A DNA stretch of 57,029 nucleotides from a virus (IMGVR_UViG_3300043425_000238:1-57029); one strand, 5' to 3'; counted from the stretch's first letter, positions 9,246 through 19,164 are shown. Numbers and translations are program-made. The notes: generated by a model from the sequence alone, not told the origin.

Positions 9246-10043
9246 TTAATACTCCACTATAACTACGCCAGCCGCGCCAGCAGGGCCTGCTGAACCAGAC
9301 CTAGTACCAGCACCACCGCCATATTGACTTCCTGCAGAACCTGAAACACCACTAGACATGCCTCCTAATATTGTACTGCCGCCGTATCCACCCTGACCAG
9401 AGCTTCCAGATATGTTTAGGTCTCCACCAGACCCAATACCGCCATTATTATTAGAGCCATTCCAACCACTGCCACCAGTTGCAGAGCAGTAAGCGCCAAA
9501 TGATGAAGTTCCTCCTGCTGAAGCAGTGCTTACGCCACCAGCTCCACCACCACCAACTGTAACTGCAACAGTTCCACCAGGAGTAAGCCCTGAAATAATT
9601 TCAATTGCTGCGCCACCACCACCACCACCTTGGTTAGTAGTTGTTTGTGTGCCACCACCACCTCCGCCAATGACAGTGACTTTAACTTTAGTAATGCCAG
9701 CAGGGACAGTAAATGTTCCGCTTGATGTGAATACTTGCATATTGCCAAAGCCACCAGCAGGAGCTGCGGCACTTGTCCACGTTGTGCCGTTAGATGTTAG
9801 GATGTTACCGCTAGTGCCAGGTGCTACTGTTTGCACAGCGCTAGTGCCATTGCCTAGGATCACAGCGTTGGCTGAGAGGGAAGATGCACCTGTGCCGCCT
9901 GACGTGACAGCTGTTACACCGCCAGCACCTGTAATGATCGTGCCAGACGTGGCTGGTAAATTAAGTGTCGTTGTGCCTGCAATCGCTGGCGCTTGCAAGG
10001 TAACGGTACCGGATGTATCTCCGGCGATGACTACTGAACTCAT
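9246..10043 (-). CDS. Glycine-rich tail fibre/spike protein
   Basis: MSSVVIAGDTSG.VTLQAP N-terminus; FTSSGTFTVPAGITKVKVTVIGGGGGG...GAAGVVIVEY Gly-rich domain. Confidence 0.7.
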   Translation of the reverse strand: MSSVVIAGDTSGTVTLQAPAIAGTTTLNLPATSGTIITGAGGVTAVTSGGTGASSLSANAVILGNGTSAVQTVAPGTSGNILTSNGTTWTSAAAPAGGFGNMQVFTSSGTFTVPAGITKVKVTVIGGGGGGTQTTTNQGGGGGGAAIEIISGLTPGGTVAVTVGGGGAGGVSTASAGGTSSFGAYCSATGGSGWNGSNNNGGIGSGGDLNISGSSGQGGYGGSTILGGMSSGVSGSAGSQYGGGAGTRSGSAGPAGAAGVVIVEY

Positions 10044-10480
10044 AGTGTACTCCATTGTTCTGTTGGCTGTGTAGGCCAGTCTAAGTTACCTGCTACGGGG
10101 TTAAGTGCAATCTGACGAACTGCATTGCGGTAAGCAATAAACTCACCTTGATTTGCTAGGTAAGGATTTGATAACTGAGGATTACCCACGTCAGCAATAG
10201 TAGTCCAATCTGTTTGTTGTAACAGCGTTACCGCTGTTGATTTGTTACCTTCAGCAGTTGGTACATAAGGTGGCGGTGGTACGTATTCAGCTATAGGGCC
10301 ATAATCACCTGCTACGCATTGATCGTATATTTCTAGTGATGCAGGGTTAGCAGTGTCTAAAGGGTTAGCAGTAAAAGGTACTAGCTCTTCTTGTAAATCA
10401 TCAAAGTCTACGTCGCAGTTAATTGCTGTATGTTCTGCATCTGCCCAAGTAGGGTTTGTTACGTTTGTATAATTCATCAT
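10040..10480 (-). CDS. Tail fibre assembly chaperone-like protein
   Basis: W.DAEHT.INC.V.F...PFTA.P.D....G.YG.IAEY, LL.QTDW, YRNAVR, WP..P motifs of Tfa-like chaperones. Confidence 0.7.
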   Translation of the reverse strand: MMNYTNVTNPTWADAEHTAINCDVDFDDLQEELVPFTANPLDTANPASLEIYDQCVAGDYGPIAEYVPPPPYVPTAEGNKSTAVTLLQQTDWTTIADVGNPQLSNPYLANQGEFIAYRNAVRQIALNPVAGNLDWPTQPTEQWSTL

Positions 10481-10486
10481 TTATCC

Positions 10487-11110
10487 TTAACTAATGCGAA
10501 CCCAAAGACCACAACCAAAATAAGTAGCTGTTCCTTCTGCTGCCGACATTGCCCGCCATGTCCCAGTATTAACTAATGTTTGAGTAAACCCAGAAGTTGC
10601 ACCGTCTTTTATTTTGGCAAAATTATTTACTGCCGCAGTAACATATTCCACATTGCCAGTTACTGTATATAATGAACTTCCTGCAACGGTACTATTTATA
10701 GCATAATTTGTACCATTTTTAGGCCTTCCCCATACATAGCTACCAATTGCATATTGGTCAGTATTAGTAATCGCACCTGTTTGACCATTAAGTGATGTAA
10801 CACCACCTGCTGGAAGTGCAGTAGAAGTCCAAGTAGTACCATTAGATGTAAGTACGTTACCTGATGTGCCAGGAGCTACGGCTTGCACTGCAGAAGTACC
10901 GTTACCTAAAAGAACGTTGTTAGCTGTTAATGTAGCCGCACCTGTGCCGCCAGAAGCAACAGGGAGGGCGTTAGTCAAAGTTACAGCTTGCGATGCATCA
11001 ACAGAGATGGCTGTCGTCCCTGCTGTTTGAATATTTAAAACCCCAGAAGAGTCAGCAGTGGAAATTAAACCACCTGCTCCTGAGGTACTTGCGTTGATTG
11101 ATGAAGCCAT
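10487..11110 (-). CDS. Tail fibre / receptor-binding protein
   Basis: GGTG...NVLLGNGT.A...APGTSGNVLTSNGTTW module, GVTSLNGQTG repeat, C-terminal GTWRAM...GLWVRIS. Confidence 0.7.
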   Translation of the reverse strand: MASSINASTSGAGGLISTADSSGVLNIQTAGTTAISVDASQAVTLTNALPVASGGTGAATLTANNVLLGNGTSAVQAVAPGTSGNVLTSNGTTWTSTALPAGGVTSLNGQTGAITNTDQYAIGSYVWGRPKNGTNYAINSTVAGSSLYTVTGNVEYVTAAVNNFAKIKDGATSGFTQTLVNTGTWRAMSAAEGTATYFGCGLWVRIS

Positions 11111-11119
11111 TTATATCTC

Positions 11120-11710
11120 CTAAAGAACTACCCAGCGTGAACCTGCTGGAAGGGTAACAGTGACACCAGCATCAACAGTGATTGGTCCTGATGACATAGC
11201 GCTGTAGCCCGTAGTAACTGTGTAGTTAGCTGTAATATTTTGTGAGTTTTCCCACAAGCCTTTGCTCGTAGTATTACCACCACCTAACGCTCCCCAAGCT
11301 GATCCTGAGTAACCCTCAAAGCCAGGAGTGTCGGTGTTATAACGGATCATACCTTGAGTAGGCGTTCCTGGTTGCTGTGCAGCGGTACCCGCTGGGATCT
11401 TAACAGCACCAGTCGATGTAAAGGCAGAATCAGCAGTAGCAGTCAAGGTCGTCACAGTGGCAGCAGCTGCAGAGGCATTACCGATCACTGTGCCGTTAAT
11501 ATTGCCGCCTGTGACAGCAACAGCGTTGGCATTTTGGTTACCTAAGGTACCAACAACAGTGATTAGGGCACCGCCACCGTCTTTACTGTAGACCTTCTTG
11601 TCGGTAACGTTAATCGCTAACTCACCAACCTCAAGGTTGCTTGTGCTAGGCTGAGCCGCAGCAGTCGTGCTGTGGTACAAAATTATGGGGGTAGCTCCAG
11701 GTGCGGCCAT
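11120..11710 (-). CDS. Fibre-anchoring structural protein
   Basis: P..SNL.VGELAIN..D.K.Y N-terminal motif, GMIRYN....FEGY, SGPITV..GVTVT.P.GSRW. Confidence 0.6.
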   Translation of the reverse strand: MAAPGATPIILYHSTTAAAQPSTSNLEVGELAINVTDKKVYSKDGGGALITVVGTLGNQNANAVAVTGGNINGTVIGNASAAAATVTTLTATADSAFTSTGAVKIPAGTAAQQPGTPTQGMIRYNTDTPGFEGYSGSAWGALGGGNTTSKGLWENSQNITANYTVTTGYSAMSSGPITVDAGVTVTLPAGSRWVVL

Positions 11711-14700
11711 TAAAATGTTCCTCCGTCGATATTCGCAGCAACGGTAATTGTACCACTTCCGTTAGTAATGTTTATTCCTGTTCCTGCAGTTAATGTAGCT
11801 TTTGCTAGGGTGTTACCAGTAGAATTACCGATCAACAATTCGCCATCAACAAAAGATGATTGTCCTGTACCACCGTTACTTACGCCAAGTTGACCTGACA
11901 CCGCAGCAGCTTGATTTAATGCAACAGCATTCCACTCAACGTTGGTGCCCGTAGCATCCATCACTAATGATTTGTAGCCAATACCTTTAGCTAGTTTTGA
12001 CCAAGTATTAGCAGCAGAACCGTAAAGCAAATCACCAGTAGTGACAGTGTTAGTTCCAGTACCACCATTTGTAGCAGCAACAGTACCAGTGAGAGAAATA
12101 GTTTGACCTGTAACATCAATGTTTGTCCCACCTGTATAAGTCACAGCACCACTAAATTGAGTATACGTCAATGTCGTATAGCCAATAATCATGGTGTTAG
12201 GTTCAGTGGTTAATACGTGAGAATCGCCAGCGTTTAAGTCACCGTCTTGAGTGTAGTAATAGTCACCTGTACCTACACCGTTAGGATCAGCTGGATCAAC
12301 ACGGTTTGAGTCAGTCGCTCTTGTTAATACCCAGTTTGTAGAACCATCACCAACAGTAGTAACTGTGTAGACGCCGTTCTCAAAGCCGTTAGTTTGTAAG
12401 CGTACCATTACGCGGTCACTAGTACTTAGCGACACGCCATCGATCTCAATCGCAGCTTGAGTGCCAGCGTTAGTCAATGTAGCGCCAACACCTGAGTTAG
12501 CACGAGTGTTGTAAGTCAAGCCTGAAGCGTTTGTCAAGCCAGTGATTTGAGCACCGCCAAAGGTCAATGACAAGGTCAATTGGTTTAAGGCAGGTGTTGA
12601 ATAAACGAAGTAAGCTGTATTAGTAGACAAGCCATTGCCTGCTGAAGTGTACAACCAGATTTGATCACCTATAGACAAGCCATGGTTAACTGACGTAGTC
12701 ACTGTATCTGTTCCAGTGATGTCTGTAATATCAAACGTTGTACCGCCTTGAGCGTAGGTAGCGTTTAAGTTACCAGTGGTCTCTACTAAAACAGGGTCAT
12801 GCAAGTGCAAGCCTGCAGTTACTTGATTGTCTACATATTGCTTAGTTGCAGCTTGTAAAGCTAGCGTAGGATCAGCGTTCAATAACACAGTTGAGCCAAA
12901 CGTTGCAGCACCACCTAAGTAAGTAGTGCCAACATTGTTAAGTCCGTAGCCTGTATCTGTAGCAGTACCTAGCAAGAAGTTACCAGTGTTACCCTTGATC
13001 GTTGCTCTGACAGAGCTAGTAAGCACATCGCCTGTGAAGAACACTAGGTCAGAGGCAGCATTACTTGTACCAATAAACAAGTCAGCTTCTTGGCCAGAAG
13101 TACCACCGCCAGTAAACAAGTAGCCTGAGTTAGCTGTAAAGATTGGGTAAGACACAGAACTAAAGTTAGAGCTGTTCATCCCCATATCAATGAAGTATGA
13201 GTTAACGTCTGAAGCATCGTTGTATGCTACAAAGTCAAACGACGCATCTGATCCATTATTTAAGTTAACGCCGTAAGCAATCTGGAAGTTGTTTTCATCA
13301 GCTGCCATGCTCAATAATGAGTCAGCAAAAGGCGTATAACCCGTTACAGCTGAAGAGTTAATCTCTAGAATGTCGTTAACTAAAGGCGTGGTCAGTGTTT
13401 TATTCGTAAGCGTTTGAACGCCAGTCAATGTCGCTACTGTTGAATCGATAGCAATAGTGACAGGCGCTGCGCCAGTGTAGCTAGTACCAGTTAAGCCGGT
13501 GCCAATAGTCAAAGCATCTGAAGATGTAGATCCACCTAGTGAAACAGACTTGCCGTTAACTGTGATTGAGCTGTTATCTAACGAAGCATTAGGAATAGCA
13601 GTTAATGTATTAGTCGCACCTGAAATAGATGTACCAGCCAATGTAGTGATCGTGCCGCCTAAAGCAACAGCTGTAGATCCAATTGTGATTGAGTTGTTTG
13701 TCAATGCACTGTTAGGAATATTTGACAAGCTGTTAGTTGCACCAGAGATAGAAGTGCCAACTAGCGTAGTAATTGTGCTGCCTAAGGTAACTAATGAACT
13801 ACCAATTGTGATTGAGCTATATTGCAAGTTAGCGTTAGTCAACGAAACAACTGTGTTCGTTACGCCTGTCAATACGCCCTTGCTATTCACAGCAAATACA
13901 GGGATTGTTGCAGCTGTGCCATAAGTATTAGCGCTAACGCCAGAGTTAGGTAAGTCAGCGTTAACTAACGTACGGAAAGCTGTAGGTGCATCAGGGCCAC
14001 TAGCAGGACCTGCATAAATGTAGTTAGCTGGTTGATCTGTCAATAGAACAGCAGAACCCCATGTAGGAGCGCCTGCACCAGTTGAAACTAATACTTGACC
14101 ATTAGATCCAGCAGTTGATACTTGTAGGGAGTTACCATCAGAGTAAACCATCCCGCCGTTAGCTGGTGAAGTTAGTGCTGTACCAGTACCACCACGAGAG
14201 ATGTCTAATTCGTTAGCTGTTTGCTGCGTGTCAGATAAGTCGATAGCAGGGTGAACGTGGTCAGCACGGCTCATCTCTTGGCTCGTACCTGGACCTTCTG
14301 CACCTACAGGTTCAGGAGTAGCATCTGACAAGTCTGCATTAAGCGTCACATTAGTTGTTAACGCGCCACCGCCAGATAAACCAATGCCTGCGATCACTTC
14401 TCGTGAAGTTGGAACGAAGCCACTAGGTGAAGGGAACGCTAACTCAGTTGCAGCGGTAATACGACCATTTGCATCAACTGTAATAACAGGATAGTTAGCA
14501 GAATCGCCATAAACGCCTGCACCAACGCCAGTTGCGTCAAGTTCGGTCGCACCAATGCCGCCAGGCGCAACAGAAAGAGTCACGTTAGATGCTAATGTTC
14601 CACCACCTGCTAAACCTGTACCAGCGATGATGGCGCGCGTGGTTGGCACGCCAGACACATTTAGGACTGCATTTACTTGTACTTTATATGTCACACCATT

Positions 14701-14793
14701 GTTAACATACATCATCCAGCCAGTATCGGATGGAGATGGGTCTTCTGGCAGCTGCAGAATCCTGGTAGGGACTAAATTTGATGGCACACTCAT
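11710..14793 (-). CDS. Long tail fibre protein (1027 aa)
   Basis: Repeated AG.GL.GGG, TVDA.GRIT, L.N.SITIG repeats, AATKQYVD, NG.Y.V...W.LTRATD domain. Confidence 0.75.
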   Translation of the reverse strand: MSVPSNLVPTRILQLPEDPSPSDTGWMMYVNNGVTYKVQVNAVLNVSGVPTTRAIIAGTGLAGGGTLASNVTLSVAPGGIGATELDATGVGAGVYGDSANYPVITVDANGRITAATELAFPSPSGFVPTSREVIAGIGLSGGGALTTNVTLNADLSDATPEPVGAEGPGTSQEMSRADHVHPAIDLSDTQQTANELDISRGGTGTALTSPANGGMVYSDGNSLQVSTAGSNGQVLVSTGAGAPTWGSAVLLTDQPANYIYAGPASGPDAPTAFRTLVNADLPNSGVSANTYGTAATIPVFAVNSKGVLTGVTNTVVSLTNANLQYSSITIGSSLVTLGSTITTLVGTSISGATNSLSNIPNSALTNNSITIGSTAVALGGTITTLAGTSISGATNTLTAIPNASLDNSSITVNGKSVSLGGSTSSDALTIGTGLTGTSYTGAAPVTIAIDSTVATLTGVQTLTNKTLTTPLVNDILEINSSAVTGYTPFADSLLSMAADENNFQIAYGVNLNNGSDASFDFVAYNDASDVNSYFIDMGMNSSNFSSVSYPIFTANSGYLFTGGGTSGQEADLFIGTSNAASDLVFFTGDVLTSSVRATIKGNTGNFLLGTATDTGYGLNNVGTTYLGGAATFGSTVLLNADPTLALQAATKQYVDNQVTAGLHLHDPVLVETTGNLNATYAQGGTTFDITDITGTDTVTTSVNHGLSIGDQIWLYTSAGNGLSTNTAYFVYSTPALNQLTLSLTFGGAQITGLTNASGLTYNTRANSGVGATLTNAGTQAAIEIDGVSLSTSDRVMVRLQTNGFENGVYTVTTVGDGSTNWVLTRATDSNRVDPADPNGVGTGDYYYTQDGDLNAGDSHVLTTEPNTMIIGYTTLTYTQFSGAVTYTGGTNIDVTGQTISLTGTVAATNGGTGTNTVTTGDLLYGSAANTWSKLAKGIGYKSLVMDATGTNVEWNAVALNQAAAVSGQLGVSNGGTGQSSFVDGELLIGNSTGNTLAKATLTAGTGINITNGSGTITVAANIDGGTF

Positions 14794-15092
14794 GGGATTA
14801 AGTACCCTTCGTCATTTTGCGTAATAATAAACATGTTGTCTTCTTCGTTTACCACACCGGCAGGATCCGTATTAAGTGGTAAGTCAGGACGAACAAATGG
14901 TAAAACAATTTGATCAGCAGGTCTAGGCGCCAAACGGTACGGATCGTACTGATCGACGTCATCACGACAAACCATCAAATTTGGGTAATTTGGATCTGAC
15001 ATCAACTCACCCAACGGGAACTTACGACTGCACCTTGCGCATATCGCAATCCCTAGTGTACTGTTGCCTGTTGTATCTAAGTATAAAGGCAT
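14790..15092 (-). CDS. Conserved virion-module protein with CxxC
   Basis: AICARC...F.L.EL...NLMVC..D.D..P...RPD pattern. Confidence 0.6.
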   Translation of the reverse strand: MPLYLDTTGNSTLGIAICARCSRKFPLGELMSDPNYPNLMVCRDDVDQYDPYRLAPRPADQIVLPFVRPDLPLNTDPAGVVNEEDNMFIITQNDEGYLIP

Positions 15093-16078
15093 TATCTAGT
15101 GTACGGTGCAATCCACGGCTGGATAGTAGTTGCGCTGCCGTCGTTATCACCGTCCCATGCAATTCTTAATGAATCTGCTGCAAGTGGAGTTAGCAACTGA
15201 ATCATGCTAGGGTCCACAATGTCGATCTCTAAAGCTAACCTAGAAGCTAACTTCATCACAATAGCGTCATACCATCTTTGTGGGATCTCTAACTCTTGTT
15301 GTAATGTTCCTACATCCATGATCTGACGATGACGCCAAACGATCAATTGTGCACCTTCGGCTGCCAAGTTAGGAGCTGGCCATAAATGCAAGATTGGCTG
15401 GTTAATATCACGTTGGAACCAGTAAGTTGTAGGACGACCTGCAAAAATCTGATTTGACTGAGCTACGTATGAATCACGGTTTAATACGCCAAATGGAATT
15501 TCAGATGGAGTATTGCCTAGTGTGATCGTTGTGTAGTTTAGCGTGCCTGAGGTAGCAGTGATCTTAAAGTACGGATAAGCTAGTGCAGGATAAATATCGT
15601 ACCAAGTGATCTGACCAGCAGAAGCAGTTGGCGTTACTGTATCAACGACTGTCCAAGTGGATCCGTCGGTAGACACTGAAAAAGATAGTGGCACAGCTGC
15701 GGCTGACCATTTAATACCAACAGTGCTAACCACAGTGCTACTAGAGAAGTTAACTTGGTAGACTGTTGATGATGTTACGTTTGAACCAGTAACCGGTTGA
15801 ATATAGCGGTAGTTAGCGTTTAAAACTTCTTCAGTCCCTAGCGGCAAAGTCACGTTAGGCTGACCTTCATAGAAAGGCAAGATTAGTTTTTCTATACACC
15901 AAGAAGGTGTTTTTGTGCTAGCTAACTCGGAAAGTAATAGGTAAAGACAGTCGGTAGCAATGTCTTGCATTTCTGCGGTAACACGCTGCGCTGTAATGCG
16001 ACAACGACGGAAGGCGTGATCTACAACCTTCCGTGTATTAAATGTCGTGGTGCTAATTGTCCCAGAAAAAGCCATCAA
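15092..16078 (-). CDS. Head-tail adaptor-like protein with inserted beta-sandwich domain
   Basis: V.HAF.RC N-terminus, GRP..YWFQR, LWPAP, IPQRWYDAI; insert with S.DG.TW discoidin-like pattern. Confidence 0.55.
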   Translation of the reverse strand: MMAFSGTISTTTFNTRKVVDHAFRRCRITAQRVTAEMQDIATDCLYLLLSELASTKTPSWCIEKLILPFYEGQPNVTLPLGTEEVLNANYRYIQPVTGSNVTSSTVYQVNFSSSTVVSTVGIKWSAAAVPLSFSVSTDGSTWTVVDTVTPTASAGQITWYDIYPALAYPYFKITATSGTLNYTTITLGNTPSEIPFGVLNRDSYVAQSNQIFAGRPTTYWFQRDINQPILHLWPAPNLAAEGAQLIVWRHRQIMDVGTLQQELEIPQRWYDAIVMKLASRLALEIDIVDPSMIQLLTPLAADSLRIAWDGDNDGSATTIQPWIAPYTR

Positions 16079-16129
16079 TATCCCTCAATAGTTGATGGCC
16101 GCTGTTGCAGCAAGCCCATTTTTCGTCTC

Positions 16130-16160
16130 ATTATACTACATTACTATGAAAAAATACTAC
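16130..16160 (-). promoter_or_regulatory. Putative late/middle promoter GTAGTATTT-N16-TATAAT
   Basis: TATAAT with TATTT at the same spacing as the 4859 and 21322 sites; intergenic. Confidence 0.45.
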
Positions 16161-16312
16161 TTTTTCGGCTTCTTAGCTGTTTTGGCAGCATCTTTGAAGT
16201 CTTGCTTAGTTGGTGCTGCTTTGGAGCCAACTTTATTCATTTTTTCGCCAGATCCTTCTTCAATTCTCTTGCGTTTAGCGTGAATATTCGCGTATAGACC
16301 TTGTTTAGCCAT
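16157..16312 (-). CDS. Small basic protein (51 aa)
   Basis: Read by hand: MAKQGLYANIHAKRKRIEEGSGEKMNKVGSKAAPTKQDFKDAAKTAKKPKK. Confidence 0.65.
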   Translation of the reverse strand: MAKQGLYANIHAKRKRIEEGSGEKMNKVGSKAAPTKQDFKDAAKTAKKPKK

Positions 16313-16314
16313 GA

Positions 16315-16953
16315 TTATTTGCCTTTTTTGCGTGCTTCTGAATAACCAATAGCAACTGCCTGCTTAGGATTAGTCACAATTGGGCCTTTTTTAGAACCGG
16401 AGTGCAATTCACCCTTGCCAAACTCCTTCATTACCTTACCAACCTTAGCTTTTACATTACCACCTTTGCCATAAGCCGGTGGTGCTACTGAAGAAGCGCT
16501 AGGAGGTAGCATTGGAGCGCGAGGATCACGACCAGCAGCCATAGCTGGACCTCTAACGACGCGTTTTTGTACCATTTCATCTCTACGCATGCGAGGTGTT
16601 TCCATCATTTCTTGCTTAACCATCGCTTTTTTGCTAGCATAACCGCCTTTTTTCATGGCGTGTTCTTTCGCCTCTTCAGCTTTGGTCTCTTTTTTCTCAT
16701 GGCGCATCATTGCAGCCTTAGAAGCGTACTTTTCGCCAGTACCTTTTTCAATAATGCCGCCTTTTGCATAACCTTTACCAACACATCCACCTTTTTTCAT
16801 TGGTGTTAGCGGTTCTTTTGGATGCATGTTGCGCTCGTGACGATGTACTGCCTCGCGTACTTCAGGATCTACCTTACCACCTTTAGCAAAACCTGCTCCT
16901 TTTGGCTTTACAGCTGCGCCAAAATCAAACTCTTTTACATATTTACAGCCCAT
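16315..16953 (-). CDS. Basic protein with repeated (F/Y/M)xKGG motifs, possible internal head protein
   Basis: Five KGG motifs; C-terminal KVMKEF..G.LHSG..GP.V.NPKQAVAI..SEA domain. Confidence 0.65.
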   Translation of the reverse strand: MGCKYVKEFDFGAAVKPKGAGFAKGGKVDPEVREAVHRHERNMHPKEPLTPMKKGGCVGKGYAKGGIIEKGTGEKYASKAAMMRHEKKETKAEEAKEHAMKKGGYASKKAMVKQEMMETPRMRRDEMVQKRVVRGPAMAAGRDPRAPMLPPSASSVAPPAYGKGGNVKAKVGKVMKEFGKGELHSGSKKGPIVTNPKQAVAIGYSEARKKGK

Positions 16954-16966
16954 GATATTTTCCTTT

Positions 16967-17251
16967 TTAACATTTCCAACGTTTTAGTGAAGCTGCCTTG
17001 CGCGTAGGGTTCCCATTTTCGTCTTTCATAGGACCAGGCATTCCTGACATACGGGCACAAAATGACTTCTTACGTGGTCCGCCTTCAGGTTGAGGTGCTT
17101 TTAAATTTGACCCAGTTGCTTTGTTATACTTTGCACGACCTTTTGCTGTAAGTCCTGCTCCTTGAGATGTTGGTAATTTCTCACCTCGACCTACTGATAA
17201 GGCAGGTCCACCTTTAGCAAACTCAAATTCTTTCACGTATTTACAGCCCAT
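16967..17251 (-). CDS. Small basic protein (94 aa)
   Basis: GLTAKGR.KYN..TGSNLKAP...RKKSFCARM...SL.RWKC; N-terminus duplicates that of 16315..16953. Confidence 0.65.
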   Translation of the reverse strand: MGCKYVKEFEFAKGGPALSVGRGEKLPTSQGAGLTAKGRAKYNKATGSNLKAPQPEGGPRKKSFCARMSGMPGPMKDENGNPTRKAASLKRWKC

Positions 17252-17262
17252 GATCGTTTCCT

Positions 17263-17997
17263 TTAAGTGATGTTATTTTTAACTAAGTAACCTTCAGCAG
17301 AAACGCTTACTGCTCCAGTTGAAGAGTTAACTAAAGCTTGCAGTTGAATGTCTGTCTTTTCTACGAAAGGTCTTGGCATTACACGCTGAGCGTTATAGAC
17401 AGTGGCAAAAGGTGCTTGCTGCGTCAAAGTGACAACGCCTGATACAGAAGCTGATCTATTGCGATAAGTCACGAAGTTATTACCATTTAGCGAAGTGTTT
17501 AAGTCAACACGACTTAGGTAGAACGTGTATCCAGCAGGGACAGTGTAAATTGCAGCTTGAGTACGGCCAACACCTGCATTGATCTGTGCATAGATTGTCG
17601 TGTTAGTTAAGTCTTTTAATGTCACCACGCCAGCAGGGTTCGTTGCACTACCAACTGACACGCTCATTGAATTGATGCGTAAGTAAGAGTTAACTGTTGG
17701 GACTGGCGTTGTTCCATTTAGTACGACTGACTCAGAAATAAGCTCGTAAAGCGCGTTTAACCCACTAATTAAGATCGTCGCAGTATCACCATTAGATCCG
17801 GCTAAATTCATAACCGTAGCTGCTACTGGATAAGTGTAAGCAGTAGCGTTTTCCCACAGCGGTATAAAAGTCTGAGCAACAGACGGTTGATAGCCATAGA
17901 TGTTGACTGTACTGTGTCCTGCAATTAAACCTCGAGCAACTTGAAGATCAAATTGCCCTGGTTCACCATACAAGTTACTTGAGGTAGGTATTCCCAT
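17263..17997 (-). CDS. Virion structural protein
   Basis: 244 aa beta-rich; LQVARG.I.GH, YTVPAGYTFY, EKTDIQ. Confidence 0.55.
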   Translation of the reverse strand: MGIPTSSNLYGEPGQFDLQVARGLIAGHSTVNIYGYQPSVAQTFIPLWENATAYTYPVAATVMNLAGSNGDTATILISGLNALYELISESVVLNGTTPVPTVNSYLRINSMSVSVGSATNPAGVVTLKDLTNTTIYAQINAGVGRTQAAIYTVPAGYTFYLSRVDLNTSLNGNNFVTYRNRSASVSGVVTLTQQAPFATVYNAQRVMPRPFVEKTDIQLQALVNSSTGAVSVSAEGYLVKNNIT

Positions 17998-18006
17998 ACT
18001 ATTCCC

Positions 18007-18426
18007 CTAGTACGTAGTTGGGTTAGCGTACGTCTTGATGCATTCTAAGATGATTGTGTATCGGTCACCATTTGAAGCACCTACTGTGGTAAACATTACG
18101 TCACCAGTTTTACCTGTGCCTGCATTGTTTGAAATACCACCAAAGTCTGAGTAGCACATTTTGTACATTATGTCAGCTGGAATAGTTTCGCAGATAACGT
18201 CTGTGTCAGCATCCCAAAGGATGTCTACGCCCATACCGTATGTTTGGGCCCAGATCTTATTGATCTTTACGCCATTACAAGCATGACCGTTTGAATCTAC
18301 TTTAAGCGTTGAAACATCGATCTTTAAAGCAGCAGCTTCGCCTGTGCCGTCAGAGATGTCTGTGAATTTTGCGATGTATAAACGATCGCCGTCTAAAATT
18401 ACTTGTGAGGTTACTGCATCAGCCAT
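18007..18426 (-). CDS. Virion structural protein
   Basis: MADAVTSQ.I.DG.R....KFT.ISDGTGE...FGGI.NNAG.GKTGD pattern; lies in the head operon. Confidence 0.55.
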   Translation of the reverse strand: MADAVTSQVILDGDRLYIAKFTDISDGTGEAAALKIDVSTLKVDSNGHACNGVKINKIWAQTYGMGVDILWDADTDVICETIPADIMYKMCYSDFGGISNNAGTGKTGDVMFTTVGASNGDRYTIILECIKTYANPTTY

Positions 18427-18455
18427 TTTGTTCTCCTAACTTCAGTAGAGTAAGT

Positions 18456-18471
18456 GGGGACCGAAGTCCCC
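18456..18471 (-). terminator. GC hairpin with cUUCGg loop (weak terminator or RNA-stabilising hairpin)
   Basis: ggggac-cgaa-gtcccc directly downstream of 18480..19067; poor U-tract. Confidence 0.5.
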
Positions 18472-18479
18472 TGCGTTTA

Positions 18480-19067
18480 TTACGGTGCTACAGTTGTTGC
18501 CATGAGGTAGTACACATCGCCAGAAGCATCCACAAATTTGATTTTGTGTGTTGTGCCGCCAGTGTCTACGTCGGCTTGAACCATCGCGTCAGGTAAGTTT
18601 AATAAGTTACCTAATGCAGTAGCGCCAGAGTTACTTACACGGATGAATGCAGCTGTACCTGGAACAGTTACGCCAGAAGCGATGTCTGAGTCAGCTTGAA
18701 TAGCTGCCAAAGTACCACCTGGAGTTACGCCAGAAGCTACACCTAAAGTTGCACGCAATGCGTTAGCTGCGCCAGAGATTGTGCCGCCTGTAATAACAGA
18801 CATAGAAATGTGTGCACCGTTAATTGTGCCGCCTGTTGCAGCGCTAGCGCCAGATACTCGTGAGAACGCACGTAATGTTTCACCAGAACCTGTAGAAGTA
18901 AATGTCAAACGATCATAAACTAAACGAGTGTCGCCTGTTGCAGCAGATGTCGTAGCGTATGATGAGTTAATGTTACCAGCTGTTGTTACAGCAACTGGAG
19001 CTGAAGAAGTGCCAGATGTAAAGCCGTTTAAGCTAGTGACTGGACCTGTAAAGGTGGTTTGTGCCAT
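18480..19067 (-). CDS. Virion structural protein (minor capsid/head fibre-like)
   Basis: MAQTTFTGPV.S.NGF N-terminus typical of the gene following this capsid type. Confidence 0.55.
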   Translation of the reverse strand: MAQTTFTGPVTSLNGFTSGTSSAPVAVTTAGNINSSYATTSAATGDTRLVYDRLTFTSTGSGETLRAFSRVSGASAATGGTINGAHISMSVITGGTISGAANALRATLGVASGVTPGGTLAAIQADSDIASGVTVPGTAAFIRVSNSGATALGNLLNLPDAMVQADVDTGGTTHKIKFVDASGDVYYLMATTVAP

Positions 19068-19077
19068 GATTAGTTTC

Positions 19078-19140
19078 CTCTTGCATGAGTTTCACTTATT
19101 AGTCTATGCAACGTCCGCCTGGAAACGGTCTAATAAGCTA
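19078..19140 (-). ncRNA. Structured RNA element downstream of the capsid gene (candidate Mu-gpT-DE motif)
   Basis: Stem cttattag (19095-19102)/ctaataag (19130-19137), inner hairpin, and potential pseudoknot ttgcat (19081-86)/atgcaa (19106-11). Position matches my recollection of the Mu-gpT downstream element. Confidence 0.5.
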
Positions 19141-19164
19141 AAATAAATTATTCCAGAAAGTAGT

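Noticed and set aside
8042-14793. Diversity-generating retroelement acting on the fibre genes
   Set aside because: No reverse transcriptase ORF, and no template/variable repeat pair differing only at adenines was seen.
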